From contig CAWFCQ010000002.1 of NCBI GenBank assembly GCA_963814375.1, positions 160,001 to 224,000 on the forward strand: DNA of 64,000 nt. Reading direction: 5' to 3'. The translations under genes and the position numbers were made by a program. Source of the DNA: an uncultured Chloroflexia bacterium (GTDB lineage: Bacteria > Chloroflexota > Limnocylindria > QHBO01). Under the pieces are notes generated by a model, which worked only from the letters and a program-made list of their open reading frames with translations, was not told the origin of the DNA and did no database searches. Positions within the stretch are counted from its first letter, which is position 1. Each line of letters starts with the position of its first letter. Of the stretch, positions 31,198 to 40,480 are shown one piece after another.

Positions 31198-31974
31198 ATG
31201 AGCGTCGAGGCACTTCCGTACGTCAACTGGATCTTCTGGGCTGCCCTATCGGCCGGCACGATGCTGGCGGTCGGCATCACCGAGCGGCTCGGCGGCACCA
31301 CGCGCGGGTATCGGCTCTTCATGGCCTGGCTGGTGGTTGCCTTCGCCGCCGTCCTGCTGGCCAGCGACCTCGCCCTGCCGTCTGACGTACCGGCCGCGGC
31401 GACCCTCGAGGCCCGGCGGCCGCTCACGTTTGCGTTCTGCGCTGGTGCCCTCGCCTATCTCGTCGCGTCGCTGCGCGGTTGGCCCCGCACCTGGCTCGCG
31501 ATCGGGGTGGGCATTGTCGGCCTCGGCGCCTTGGTGACGCTGGCGGCGGCGGGCGGGACGGACAGCGCGCTCCTCTTCGCGGGCCAGCTGGTGCTCGCCG
31601 CACTGGCCCTCGGAGCGGTGACCTCCGCCATGCTGCTCGGGCACTGGTACCTGGTGACGCCCAAGCTCTCGCCCGCACCACTCCGCCGCCTGATGTGGCT
31701 GCTCGTCGCCTGCCTCTCGCTCCAGGCCGTCGCCTTCATCGCTGCGATCGTCGGCGGCCCGGAAGCGCTGGTCGGGGGTATCGGCTGGCTCACGTGGCTC
31801 CGGCTCGGCGTCGGAATCCTCCTGCCGATCGCGGTCACCATTCTCGCGATCCTGGCATCGAACGCCGCTTCGCTCCAGGCGTCCACCGGCCTGCTGTACG
31901 TCGGCCTCGCACTTGTGATGGCCGGCTCGATCGCCGGCGCCAGCATCGCCTACCTCACAGGCGTCCCGGTCTGA
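31198..31974 (+). CDS. Uncharacterised polytopic membrane protein (AMLLGHWYL motif)
   Basis: About 8 TMs; motifs AMLLGHWYLV and QASTGLLYV. Confidence 0.75.
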   Translation: MSVEALPYVNWIFWAALSAGTMLAVGITERLGGTTRGYRLFMAWLVVAFAAVLLASDLALPSDVPAAATLEARRPLTFAFCAGALAYLVASLRGWPRTWLAIGVGIVGLGALVTLAAAGGTDSALLFAGQLVLAALALGAVTSAMLLGHWYLVTPKLSPAPLRRLMWLLVACLSLQAVAFIAAIVGGPEALVGGIGWLTWLRLGVGILLPIAVTILAILASNAASLQASTGLLYVGLALVMAGSIAGASIAYLTGVPV

Positions 31975-31977
31975 CCG

Positions 31978-32628
31978 ATGCGCGTCACCGTTCGCACGTT
32001 CGCGTCGCTGCGCGAGCTCTCGATCGACCGATGTGAGCTCGACCTCGGCGACGGCGCCACCGCGGCCGATGCGTGGGCCGCCCTGGTCGAGAGCTTCCCG
32101 GCGCTCGAGCCACAGCGTCCCTACGTCCGCGCCGCGCGCAACGGCACCTACGCAACCTGGGATGAGGGGCTTGCCGACGGCGACGTCCTTGCCCTCCTGC
32201 CGCCGGTCAGCGGCGGATCGGCCGGCCTGACCGACGCGCCGATCGATGTCGACTCCCTCGAGCGCTCGGTCGCCGCGCCCGGGCGCGGCGCCGTCGTCAC
32301 CTTCGTCGGACGGGCGCGCGACGTGGCCGACGACGATCGGACCGTCATCGAGCTCGATTACGAGGTCTATCCCGAGATGGCGGCCTCGGTCCTCGACGAG
32401 ATCGCTCGCGAGGCTGAGGAGCGATTCGGCGCCGCGGTGGCGGTGGTGCATCGGCACGGCGTCGTGCCGATCGGCGAGGCGGCCGTCGCAATCGCGACCG
32501 GGGCGCGGCATCGGGCCGATGCCTACGAGGCCAACCGCTACGTGATCGAGGCCATCAAAGAGCGGCTGCCGATCTGGAAGCGCGAGCGCTTCTCCGACGG
32601 CAGCGAGTGGAAGCGGCGCGGCGCGTAG
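31978..32628 (+). CDS. moaDE: MoaD-MoaE fusion (MoaX-type molybdopterin synthase)
   Basis: ThiS/MoaD part ending LPPVSGG, fused to MoaE (GAVVTFVG, HR.G, PIWKRE). Confidence 0.92.
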   Translation: MRVTVRTFASLRELSIDRCELDLGDGATAADAWAALVESFPALEPQRPYVRAARNGTYATWDEGLADGDVLALLPPVSGGSAGLTDAPIDVDSLERSVAAPGRGAVVTFVGRARDVADDDRTVIELDYEVYPEMAASVLDEIAREAEERFGAAVAVVHRHGVVPIGEAAVAIATGARHRADAYEANRYVIEAIKERLPIWKRERFSDGSEWKRRGA

Positions 32629-32684
32629 CGCATCACATCTCGGCGCGTGCAGGCAACGGCCGCGAAAGGCACAATGCGCGGGAC

Positions 32685-33827
32685 ATGGCGACCCCCAAGC
32701 CGGGCGAGATCCGCTGTCCGACCTGTCACCGATCGACGCCGCCGGCGGCCTTCTGTACGCAATGCGGTTCGGCGATTCCGCCGGATGCCCGCACGCGTCC
32801 GCGCGGCATGGACCGTGACGAGCTCCAGGAGCGAATTCGCGCGCGGCGATCGGGAGGCGATCCCTATCGGCGCGGCAGCGTGGACGACACGCCCGTCGCG
32901 TACGGGCGTTACGAGCCCGATCCGACCGATGCCAACGCGCGTCGCCCCGGTGCCGCCGACCAGCCACGCACCGACCACCTCGACGACACACCCGAAGCGC
33001 CGGCTGCTGCAGCCGCGGCCGCGGCTGCCGCCGTCACTCCGCCGCCGGACCTCACCCGGGACACCGACGACTGGTCGGCGCCAGCCGCGGTAGCCGCGGC
33101 GGCCGCCACCCCGCCGCCTGACTTCACGCCTCCGCCTTCCGACGTCCCGGATGCCGAACCCGTAGTCGGGGACAACGTCGACAACTTCGACGACGACGGG
33201 TACGACTATCCATACCCGGCCGAGGAGTGGGATTCGGGGGGCGAGCGGCGGTCGGGAGCCGGAGCCTTCGCAATCCTCGGCTTCCTCGCCCTCGGCGTCC
33301 TCGCGCTCCTCGGTGGCGCCATGCTGGCCGGGATCTTCACCGGTGATGAGACCGGCGCGATCGACCCGACCCCCACCCCGCTGCCGACGATCGCCGCCAC
33401 TGCCACGCCGAGCGTTGCTCCGAGCGTGGCGCCGTCAGGCTCCGTGGTTCCCAGCGCCTCGGCGGCCGCCAGCGGGGCGCCCGTCGTCTTCCCCGATGGA
33501 TTCGAGGCCGACACCCAGCCATGTCTCCCGGGCAGCGCCGGGATCGATGGCTGTGACTCCAACGCCGTGAGCAACAACGGCTCCGTCTGGGTGTGGGTCG
33601 GCTTCCGCAACGGCACCGACGACGATGTCATCTCCGCCAGGCTGACCGGTCCGGATGGGGAGGTCGTCGGCCAGGGCGAGATTCCGCTGGCGCGCATCGG
33701 CTGCTCGCCGACGTGCCCGGGCGGCTGGACGTACTTCCCATTCAGCGGCCTCCCAGCCGGGACGTACGTCGCGACCGTCGAGCGAAACGGCCAGCTCGCG
33801 GCGGAGACCGAATTCGCGGTGGAGTAG
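32685..33827 (+). CDS. Zinc-ribbon bitopic membrane protein with extracellular Ig-like domain
   Basis: CPTC...FCTQCG, acidic low-complexity region, TM, Pro/Ser/Thr linker, Cys-containing beta-rich C-terminal domain. Confidence 0.75.
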   Translation: MATPKPGEIRCPTCHRSTPPAAFCTQCGSAIPPDARTRPRGMDRDELQERIRARRSGGDPYRRGSVDDTPVAYGRYEPDPTDANARRPGAADQPRTDHLDDTPEAPAAAAAAAAAAVTPPPDLTRDTDDWSAPAAVAAAAATPPPDFTPPPSDVPDAEPVVGDNVDNFDDDGYDYPYPAEEWDSGGERRSGAGAFAILGFLALGVLALLGGAMLAGIFTGDETGAIDPTPTPLPTIAATATPSVAPSVAPSGSVVPSASAAASGAPVVFPDGFEADTQPCLPGSAGIDGCDSNAVSNNGSVWVWVGFRNGTDDDVISARLTGPDGEVVGQGEIPLARIGCSPTCPGGWTYFPFSGLPAGTYVATVERNGQLAAETEFAVE

Positions 33828-33875
33828 GCGGGGCCTGACCCTCGCTGGCGCGCCGCGTGCAGGTCTGGGATCGAG

Positions 33876-34460
33876 ATGTCCGAGCTCACCTTCGAGCAGC
33901 TGCGCATCCCGGCTGCCCTGATTCTCATCATCATCGCGGTCTTCATCTTCCTGCCGCGCGATGCCCAGCCGTCCGGATCGGCGGCCTCGTCACCGACCCC
34001 GACCGTGGCGGTCATCGTCGGGGAGCCGGGGGGCGCGATCACCGGGACCCCGACACCCGTACCGACTCCGATCCCGACGCTCACCCCGGCGGCCACCCCC
34101 ACGCCGGCCCCGACGCCCCAGCCGGTCGCCAACGACTCGTTCGCGGCTGCCGTGCAAGCGTGTCGGTCGATCTCCGGCGCAAGCTGTCGCGGGCCGCTCG
34201 GCAGGCTCCCGGCGAGCGCCGGCTCGTTCACCGCCCTCGTGACCTTCACCGACGCGAGTGCTGGAGACACGATCAATGTGGTGCTCACCGGGCCGGCGGG
34301 GACGATCGCGGGCGGGCCGTACACGCTCGGCGGGGGCGGTGACGGCTACTACTACTCGACCTTCACGGTCGGAGGGCTGCCCCGCGGTGACTACCAGATC
34401 ACCGCGTACCGCAACGGCGCGGAGGTGGCGGAGACGACCTTCCGCCGCGCCGGCGGCTGA
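33876..34460 (+). CDS. Membrane-anchored protein with PT linker and Ig-like domain (C-terminal domain paralogous to the upstream gene)
   Basis: N-terminal TM, PTPT linker, LTGP.G...GLP.G.Y....RNG...AET.F. Confidence 0.75.
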   Translation: MSELTFEQLRIPAALILIIIAVFIFLPRDAQPSGSAASSPTPTVAVIVGEPGGAITGTPTPVPTPIPTLTPAATPTPAPTPQPVANDSFAAAVQACRSISGASCRGPLGRLPASAGSFTALVTFTDASAGDTINVVLTGPAGTIAGGPYTLGGGGDGYYYSTFTVGGLPRGDYQITAYRNGAEVAETTFRRAGG

Positions 34461-34463
34461 GGC

Positions 34464-35556
34464 TCAACCCCCTCCGGAGCTCTCGCTCACGCCGCCGAGG
34501 TGGATGATCGGCTCGGCACCCGCGGCGCGCCGCTTGGCGGCCAGCGCGCTGATCGCCTCGAGGACGCACCGATGCGCCGCGGCCGCGGTCACCTCTGCAT
34601 GGTCGTACGGAGGCGCCACCTCGACGACGTCCATCCCGACCAGCTCGACCGCGCCGACGACCTGGCGGATCGCCCGCAGAAGCTCACGGGTCAGCATGCC
34701 CCCGGGCTCCGGGGTCCCGGTGCCGGGCGCCATCCCCGGATCGATGACGTCGATATCGACCGAGAGGTAGACGACCTCCGGTCCGTCGAGCGCCTCGGCG
34801 ATCGCGTCGGCCACGACGGCTTCGGCGCCGCGTTCCTCGATCTCGGTCATGAGGTGCCAGCGCATTCCCTGCTCGGCCATCCAGTCCAGCGTGTCCGGCC
34901 CCGGCCAGTAGCCCCGCAGCCCGATCTGGACGAAGTTCCGGCCCGCCACCGCGCCCGACTCGATGAGCCGGCGCAGCGGGGCGCCGTGCGACCGGAGGTT
35001 GCCCCAGGTCGAGTTGGCCGCATCGGCGTGCGCGTCGAAATGGACGACACCCAGGCGGCGGGGCGCCACCACCCGCGAGACGGCGGTGGCCGATGGGAAC
35101 GTGATGGAGTGATCGCCGCCGAGGACGATCGGGATCGCCCCGCTGCGGGCGACGTCGAGGACCTTGCGCTCGATCACCGCGTGGCCGCGCTCGATGTTCA
35201 TCGGCGTCACTGGCGCGTCGCCGGCGTCGACGACGTTGAGCCAGTCGTAGGGCTCGATGTCGAGCTGGAGCGAGTTGATCGCGCCGGAGTGGTAGCTGGC
35301 CTGCCGGATGGCGCGCGGTCCGAACCGGGCGCCCGGGCGATGGCTGACCGAGTCGTCGAAAGGCGCACCGACGATGGCGACGTCGGGCCTGCTCGGCGGC
35401 CAGGGCCGCCGCATCGGTCACCCATGGCAGCTTCTGGAAGCTGGGCAGGCCGACATAGGCGGGAAGGTTGAAGTCGTCGTAGGCGGTGAAGGGGTCGGCT
35501 CCGGGAGGGGCCTCGTCGTTGAGACCGCGCTCGTCACGGTCGCGCTCGTCGGTCAT
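34464..35556 (-). CDS. speB: Agmatinase (ureohydrolase family); frameshift at ~35395
   Basis: GARFGP, GGDHSIT, DAHAD, SHG, DIDVIDP, PGTGTPEPGG. The N-terminus is in ORF 34684-35556 and the remainder in ORF 34464-35414. Confidence 0.88.
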
Positions 35557-35655
35557 GGCGCGTGCGCGCTCACCTCAAGCGGATCGGATGGACGCCGTCG
35601 CGGTGCGGAGCAGGCCCGTCCGACGGCGGATGCTAGCACTACCATCCGGGCTGCG

Positions 35656-35961
35656 ATGGGTGACGATCGGGTCTACACGCTGGACCAGGCGAAGGGCCTG
35701 CTGCCCCAGGTCCGCGCCGTCCTGCTTCAGCTCGCGATCGAGCGGCATGAGGCCTCCGCCGAGCAGGACGGTCACGTTCAGGCGCTCCTCGAGCACCTCG
35801 AGTCGCTCGGCGTCGTGGTGCGTGATCTCGACGCGGGCCTGGTCGACATCCCGACCGTCCGCGACGGCGAGCCGGCGTGGCTGTGCTGGCGCCTGGAGGA
35901 CCCTGATCTGGGCTGGTGGCACACCACGCGCGAGGGGTACACGTCGCGCCGTCCGCTGTAG
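35656..35961 (+). CDS. DUF2203-family protein
   Basis: YTLDQA..LLP, GVVVRDLDAGLVDIP, LCWRL, WWH...GY..RRPL. Confidence 0.8.
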   Translation: MGDDRVYTLDQAKGLLPQVRAVLLQLAIERHEASAEQDGHVQALLEHLESLGVVVRDLDAGLVDIPTVRDGEPAWLCWRLEDPDLGWWHTTREGYTSRRPL

Positions 35962-35962
35962 G

Positions 35963-36851
35963 GTGAGCGCCCTCGTCGCGATCCTCGGCGACTCCATCCT
36001 GGATGTCGTCGCGACTCCGTCGGAGCCGATGCGCCCCGGCGGCGACGTGCCGGCGGCCATCCGGCTCCAGCCTGGCGGCCAGGGCGCCAATGTCGCCGTG
36101 CGGCTGGCGCGACGCGGCATCTCCGTCCGCCTGGTGTCATCCGTCGGCGCGGAAGCGGCGGGCCGCATCATCCGCGAGGCGCTGCTCGCCGAAGGCGTCG
36201 AGCTGCGTGATGCGGGAGTGCGCGCAGTCCGAGCCTGCGGTCATCGTGCTCGTCGACCCGACGGGGGAGCGAACCATGCTCAGCCAGCGAACCCCGCTCC
36301 TGGGAGAGGCATTCGATCTCTCGGCCATCACCGATGCGGACTGGCTGCTCATCTCGGGGTATGTCCTCCTGGAGCCCTCCGCAGGCTTCTCCTTCACCGG
36401 TCCGGTGCCGCGTCGCGTCATCCTCGGCTGCTCGTTGAGCCCTGCCCAGTCATCCGCATGGTTCACGGCCGCCGGATCGCTGATGCCGCACCTCGTCGTG
36501 CTCAACCTGGACGAGGCGCGCACGCTCGCTCCGGGCACCTCCGAGGTCGCGGACCTGTCGAAGTCGATCGGCGAGCGGTTGCGGGCGATCGCGGTGGTCA
36601 CCCATCCCGGTGGCGCCGCGGCGGAGATCGACGGCCACGCAGTCGAGGTCATCCAGCCGCCGAGCTCCCATGCGGTGGACACCACCGGCGCCGGTGACGC
36701 CTTCGTGGCCGCGCTCGTGGCCGAGCTGCTCGATCAGCGATGGCCTCCGGCGGTCGAACCGATGCGCGACGCCATGACCACGGCGGTCGAAGTGGCCACC
36801 GCCGTCACTGGAGTGGTCGGAGCCCAGACGCGCATCGCGGGTGAGCCGTGA
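35963..36851 (+). CDS. PfkB-family kinase, probable pseudouridine kinase; frameshift at ~36220
   Basis: PGGQGANVA in the first frame and DTTGAGDAF in the second; adjacent to psuG. Confidence 0.82.
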
Positions 36852-37759
36852 GCGGTGCACCGCTGCTCGTCTCGGACGAGGTCCGCGCGGCCCTGGCCGA
36901 GGGCCGAGCGGTGGTGGCACTCGAGTCCAGCCTGATCGCGCAGGGCCTGCCCGTTCCCCACAACCTCGAGACGGCGCTCGCGGCCGAGGCGGCGGTGCGC
37001 GACGCCGGCGCGGTTCCGGCGACGACGGCGCTCGAGAGCGGCCGGCTCGTCGTCGGCGCCAGCCATGAGCTGCTCGAGAAGCTGGCGGACCCTGACCGCG
37101 TGATCGCGAAGGGGGGCTCGCGGGACATCGGTCCGCTGCTCGCCGCCGGCGCCCTCGCCTCGACGACGGTCAGTGCGACGATGCGCGCCGCGCACCTTGC
37201 CGGGATCGCGGTCTTCGCGACCGGGGGCATCGGCGGTGTGCATCGGGGCGCGACCTCGAGCTTCGACGTCTCGAGCGACATCGATGAGCTTGCCGCCACC
37301 CCGGTCGCGGTCGTCTCGTCGGGCGCGAAGTCGATCCTCGACCTGCCGGCGACGATGGAGCTGCTCGAGACGCGTCGAGTTCCGGTGGTCGGCTACGGCG
37401 TCGACGAGCTGCCGGCCTTCTACAGCGTCGGCTCGGGGATCAGGCTGGCGCACCGAGTCGACACGCCCGCGGCCGCGGCGGCCGCGATCGCCATGCACCG
37501 GTCCATCCCGGGTGCCGGCGGCCTCCTTCTCGTCCAGCCGCCACCGGCCGACGTCGCCCTCGACGCCGACGAGGTGGACGGATGGATCGCTGAGGCGCTC
37601 GCCGATACGGCGGCGCGCGGGATCCGTGGAGGCGCCGTCACGCCGCACCTCCTTGGCCATCTCGCGCGGGCCTCGGGCGGGCGGACGCTGCGGGTCAACA
37701 TCGCCCTCATCGTCAACAACGCGCGAACCGCGGGACGGATTGCATCGGCCTTGACCTGA
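36848..37759 (+). CDS. psuG: Pseudouridine-5'-phosphate glycosidase
   Basis: VALES, TTVSATM, FATGGIGGVHRG, GAKSILD, VTPHLL. Confidence 0.93.
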   Translation: MSGAPLLVSDEVRAALAEGRAVVALESSLIAQGLPVPHNLETALAAEAAVRDAGAVPATTALESGRLVVGASHELLEKLADPDRVIAKGGSRDIGPLLAAGALASTTVSATMRAAHLAGIAVFATGGIGGVHRGATSSFDVSSDIDELAATPVAVVSSGAKSILDLPATMELLETRRVPVVGYGVDELPAFYSVGSGIRLAHRVDTPAAAAAAIAMHRSIPGAGGLLLVQPPPADVALDADEVDGWIAEALADTAARGIRGGAVTPHLLGHLARASGGRTLRVNIALIVNNARTAGRIASALT

Positions 37760-37823
37760 ACCATCCGGGCGCTATGCTCGGGCGGCCGATCCGGCCCGGC
37801 AGACGGAGGGACGCCCAAACCGC

Positions 37824-38348
37824 ATGCGCATCTACGATGGCAGCCCGCGCCAGGACTGGGAGGAGGCGCTGCGGGGCATCGGCGCGTTCACCGATCGGGA
37901 ACGGCTCAAGGAGATCCTCTTCCTCGAGCTCGAGGGCGGATTCCTCCTCCAGGGGCTGGGAATGCAGGCGGGCGGCGCCGACTCGGACAGCTTCGGCGCG
38001 CTGGTCAAGCGGACGTACGAGCTGACCGACGACCAGGTTGCCGAGCTGATGGACGCCAACGCCTCGAACCGTGGATCGGCCGACGCAGACCGAGCGCACC
38101 CCGACCTCACGAACTACTACGAGCTGGCGCTGCGGATCATCGGCGCCTACATCGACAGTCAGAAGGCGCACGACGTCTTCTTCTTCGAGCAGGAAGGCTC
38201 GTTCGTCCTGCGCCTCTTCGGAGTGACGGGTTCGCATGGCGCCGGCCACCAGCTCTCCGAGTTCACCCGCGATGAGATCTTGGCTATGATCGAGTCCGCA
38301 CCTGAGCAGCGTGGTCAGCCCGCGCCGAAGGCGACGGGCGCGTCATAG
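37824..38348 (+). CDS. Hypothetical protein made of two internal repeats
   Basis: GGAGG SD and TATGCT upstream; repeats WEEALRGIGAFTD and YELALRIIGAYID. Confidence 0.75.
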   Translation: MRIYDGSPRQDWEEALRGIGAFTDRERLKEILFLELEGGFLLQGLGMQAGGADSDSFGALVKRTYELTDDQVAELMDANASNRGSADADRAHPDLTNYYELALRIIGAYIDSQKAHDVFFFEQEGSFVLRLFGVTGSHGAGHQLSEFTRDEILAMIESAPEQRGQPAPKATGAS

Positions 38349-38361
38349 CAGGGGAGTTCCC

Positions 38362-38514
38362 ATGAAGGCGGTCAAGGTCGTACTCATCAGCATCGCGGCG
38401 CTGCTCGCCGCCATGATCGTGATCCCGCTCACCATCCTCGCGGGCCTCTTCGTCTGGCTGAAGCTGACCGAAGAGACCGAGGACGACATCATGGAGCTCG
38501 AAGACACGATCTGA
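38362..38514 (+). CDS. Small (50 aa) single-TM protein with acidic tail
   Basis: GGGGAG SD; MKAVKVVLISIAALLAAMIVIPLTILAGLFVWLKLTEETEDDIMELEDTI. Confidence 0.7.
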   Translation: MKAVKVVLISIAALLAAMIVIPLTILAGLFVWLKLTEETEDDIMELEDTI

Positions 38515-38629
38515 TCCGTTCGGGTCGCATGCGGGGGGTGGGGAGGCTCGTCCGCCCGGCCTGCCGGACGGAACCGGCAGGACCGGCTGCCGAGCCCAAC
38601 CTCGACCCCCATCGGCACCGGACGGTCAG
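38511..38629 (+). other. Long imperfect inverted repeat (rod-like hairpin)
   Basis: Nested pairings CTGA/TCAG, CCGTTCGG/CCGGACGG, GGGGGT/ACCCCC, GGCTCG/CGAGCC, CCTGCCGG/CCGGCAGG. Confidence 0.7.
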
Positions 38630-38672
38630 CTGGACCGGGTTCCTGGAGGCAGTTCGGTCCGTCGCCGATCGA

Positions 38673-39485
38673 TCAACCTGAAGCCAGCGCCCAGGCGGCG
38701 GTCCAGCACACCGCGGCCACGAGCATGCCTGGCCAGAGCCGGGGTGGGCCTGAGATCCCCTGCGCCACGGCAACGAGCCCGATTCCTCCGAGTACGAGCA
38801 CCGCGGTCGATGGGCGCTCGCCGATGAGAATCGCCGCCCCGACGCCGATGCCGACGCCGATCGCCAGTCCCCAGGCGAGGGCGAAGGCGCGTGGACGCCC
38901 GAGCACCTGGGCGAGGTTGCGGGAGCCCATGCCGGCATCGGCGTCGAAGTCCCGCAGGGTGTTGGCGAGGTGCGCGGCGGCCGCGAATGGTCCGACGAGG
39001 AGGGGAGCGAGCGCGACGCGGTCGATATCGACGCCGACGCCGGCGGCGATCCAGAGCGGCAGGATGCCGAAGCTCACGAGGTAGGGCACGACCGACCACG
39101 GCGTGCGCGACAGCCACAGGTTGTAGGCCGCGGCCGATCCCGCGGCGACGGCTCCGAACAGGAGAGCCTGCCAACCGAGGGGGACGGACGTGACGACCTG
39201 GAGGCTTCCGCCCACGCCGGCCACCCACAGCGCCCCGATCGCGCTGATAGCGCCGGATGGGATCGGCTTCGTTGGCTGGGCGATGCGGTCGCGGTCCCGG
39301 TCCGCCCAGTCGTTGAGCGCCCCGGTCAGGATCTGAGACCCGAGCACCGCCAGCGTGGTGAGTGCGATGCGCACCGTCGGCGCGCCAAGCCCCGCCTGAA
39401 ATGACATGATCGTCCCCAACGCCGCGCTCAGGAGCACGACCGCCAGCGCCGGCGCAGGATGGACGACGCGGACGAAGCCCGGCAT
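38673..39485 (-). CDS. UbiA-family prenyltransferase
   Basis: NDWADRDRD...KPIPSG and NTLRDFDAD Asp-rich motifs; multiple TMs. Confidence 0.85.
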   Translation of the reverse strand: MPGFVRVVHPAPALAVVLLSAALGTIMSFQAGLGAPTVRIALTTLAVLGSQILTGALNDWADRDRDRIAQPTKPIPSGAISAIGALWVAGVGGSLQVVTSVPLGWQALLFGAVAAGSAAAYNLWLSRTPWSVVPYLVSFGILPLWIAAGVGVDIDRVALAPLLVGPFAAAAHLANTLRDFDADAGMGSRNLAQVLGRPRAFALAWGLAIGVGIGVGAAILIGERPSTAVLVLGGIGLVAVAQGISGPPRLWPGMLVAAVCWTAAWALASG

Positions 39486-39560
39486 CGCGGCATCGTACGC
39501 TGGCGACGGCCCTGCACCCGGCTGGTCCGAGTCCATATCAGCGAGGGGAGTGCCACCAAG

Positions 39561-40128
39561 ATGCCCGCGAAGCGCCGATTCCTTTCCCGAGCCGCGCTGG
39601 CCGCGCTCGCCGTCGTGGTTGTCGCATGCCAGTCGAACGACGACTCGCCCGAGCCGACCGCATCCACGCCGGCATCGGTCGCGCCGTCGCAGAGTGGCGA
39701 TGCCCCGTCTGCCTCCGCGGCTGGCTCGGCTGCGGCGAGCGCGGGGGCGGGCGAAGCCACGAGCATGTTCGATCTCGAGGTCGGCGACTGCTTCGTTGAG
39801 CCCGATGCGGAGGCGAGCACGGTCATGCTGGTCGACTGCGCGGAGACCCACATCTACGAGGCCTACTTCGTCCTCGACCACGAGGCCGGCGGCCAGGAAC
39901 CGTACCCCGGCGACGACGAGATGCAGACGTACGCCGACGAGCGCTGCGAGCCGCCCTTCCTCGAGTACGTCGGCACGGACGACTACCAGGCATCGATCTA
40001 CTGGATCACCTCGATCACTCCGTCGGAGGAGACGTGGGGCGGAGGCGACCGCGAGATCGTCTGCTCGCTTCGGGTCGGTGAGGATGGGTGAGCCGACCAC
40101 CGGCTCGGCCGAGGGCACCGGGCAGTAG
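39561..40128 (+). CDS. Septum-formation-domain lipoprotein (probable +1 error at ~40088)
   Basis: Lipobox VVAC; VGDCF...VDC...H..E...PS.E.W..GDREIVC. Removing one G gives the tail GEPTTGSAEGTGQ*. Confidence 0.75.
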
Positions 40129-40420
40129 CGCCCTGCTTCTCGGAATCGGTCGGCGAAGCGCGGCTGACGCGCCAGTACTCGCCCCGCTCCCGGGCGAGAA
40201 AGCCCTCGTCGACGAGCATTCGGCGCAAGCGTCGCCGGGTCGGGCGCGTCGTCGAGGAAGATGGGCGTTCACTTCGCGCTCCGGATAGTGACGCCCCGGC
40301 TCGAATCGTGTCGGCGAGAATCTCGCAGGCGGCCAGCAGCATGGCACGGCGCCGCGGGACAGCAATGAGATGGCCGTTCCGGAAGAACGCGAGTCGGACG
40401 TGGTCGCTGGGGTCGCGCAC
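39998..40420 (-). CDS. DUF2087-family protein (internally frameshifted; true stop uncertain)
   Basis: FFRNGHL..VP.RR, FEPGRHYPEREVN (other frame) and LRRMLVDEGFL.RE...YWR. Confidence 0.7.
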   Translation of the reverse strand: MRDPSDHVRLAFFRNGHLIAVPRRRAMLLAACEILADTIRAGASLSGARSERPSSSTTRPTRRRLRRMLVDEGFLARERGEYWRVSRASPTDSEKQGATARCPRPSRWSAHPSSPTRSEQTISRSPPPHVSSDGVIEVIQ

Positions 40421-40447
40421 GCCTCGAGGATGGCATGAACGGCAGAA

Positions 40448-40480
40448 GCGGCGCCCACCGGACAGGTCGGTGGGCGCCGC
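40448..40480. terminator. Perfect 13-bp GC-rich hairpin (terminator-like)
   Basis: GCGGCGCCCACCG-7 nt-CGGTGGGCGCCGC, followed by TTCT on the minus strand. Confidence 0.45.

Noticed and set aside
38515-38672. SRP RNA or tRNA
   Set aside because: No SRP domain IV motif (CAGG...GGAAG...AGCAG) and no cloverleaf or T-loop; kept only as an unassigned structure.
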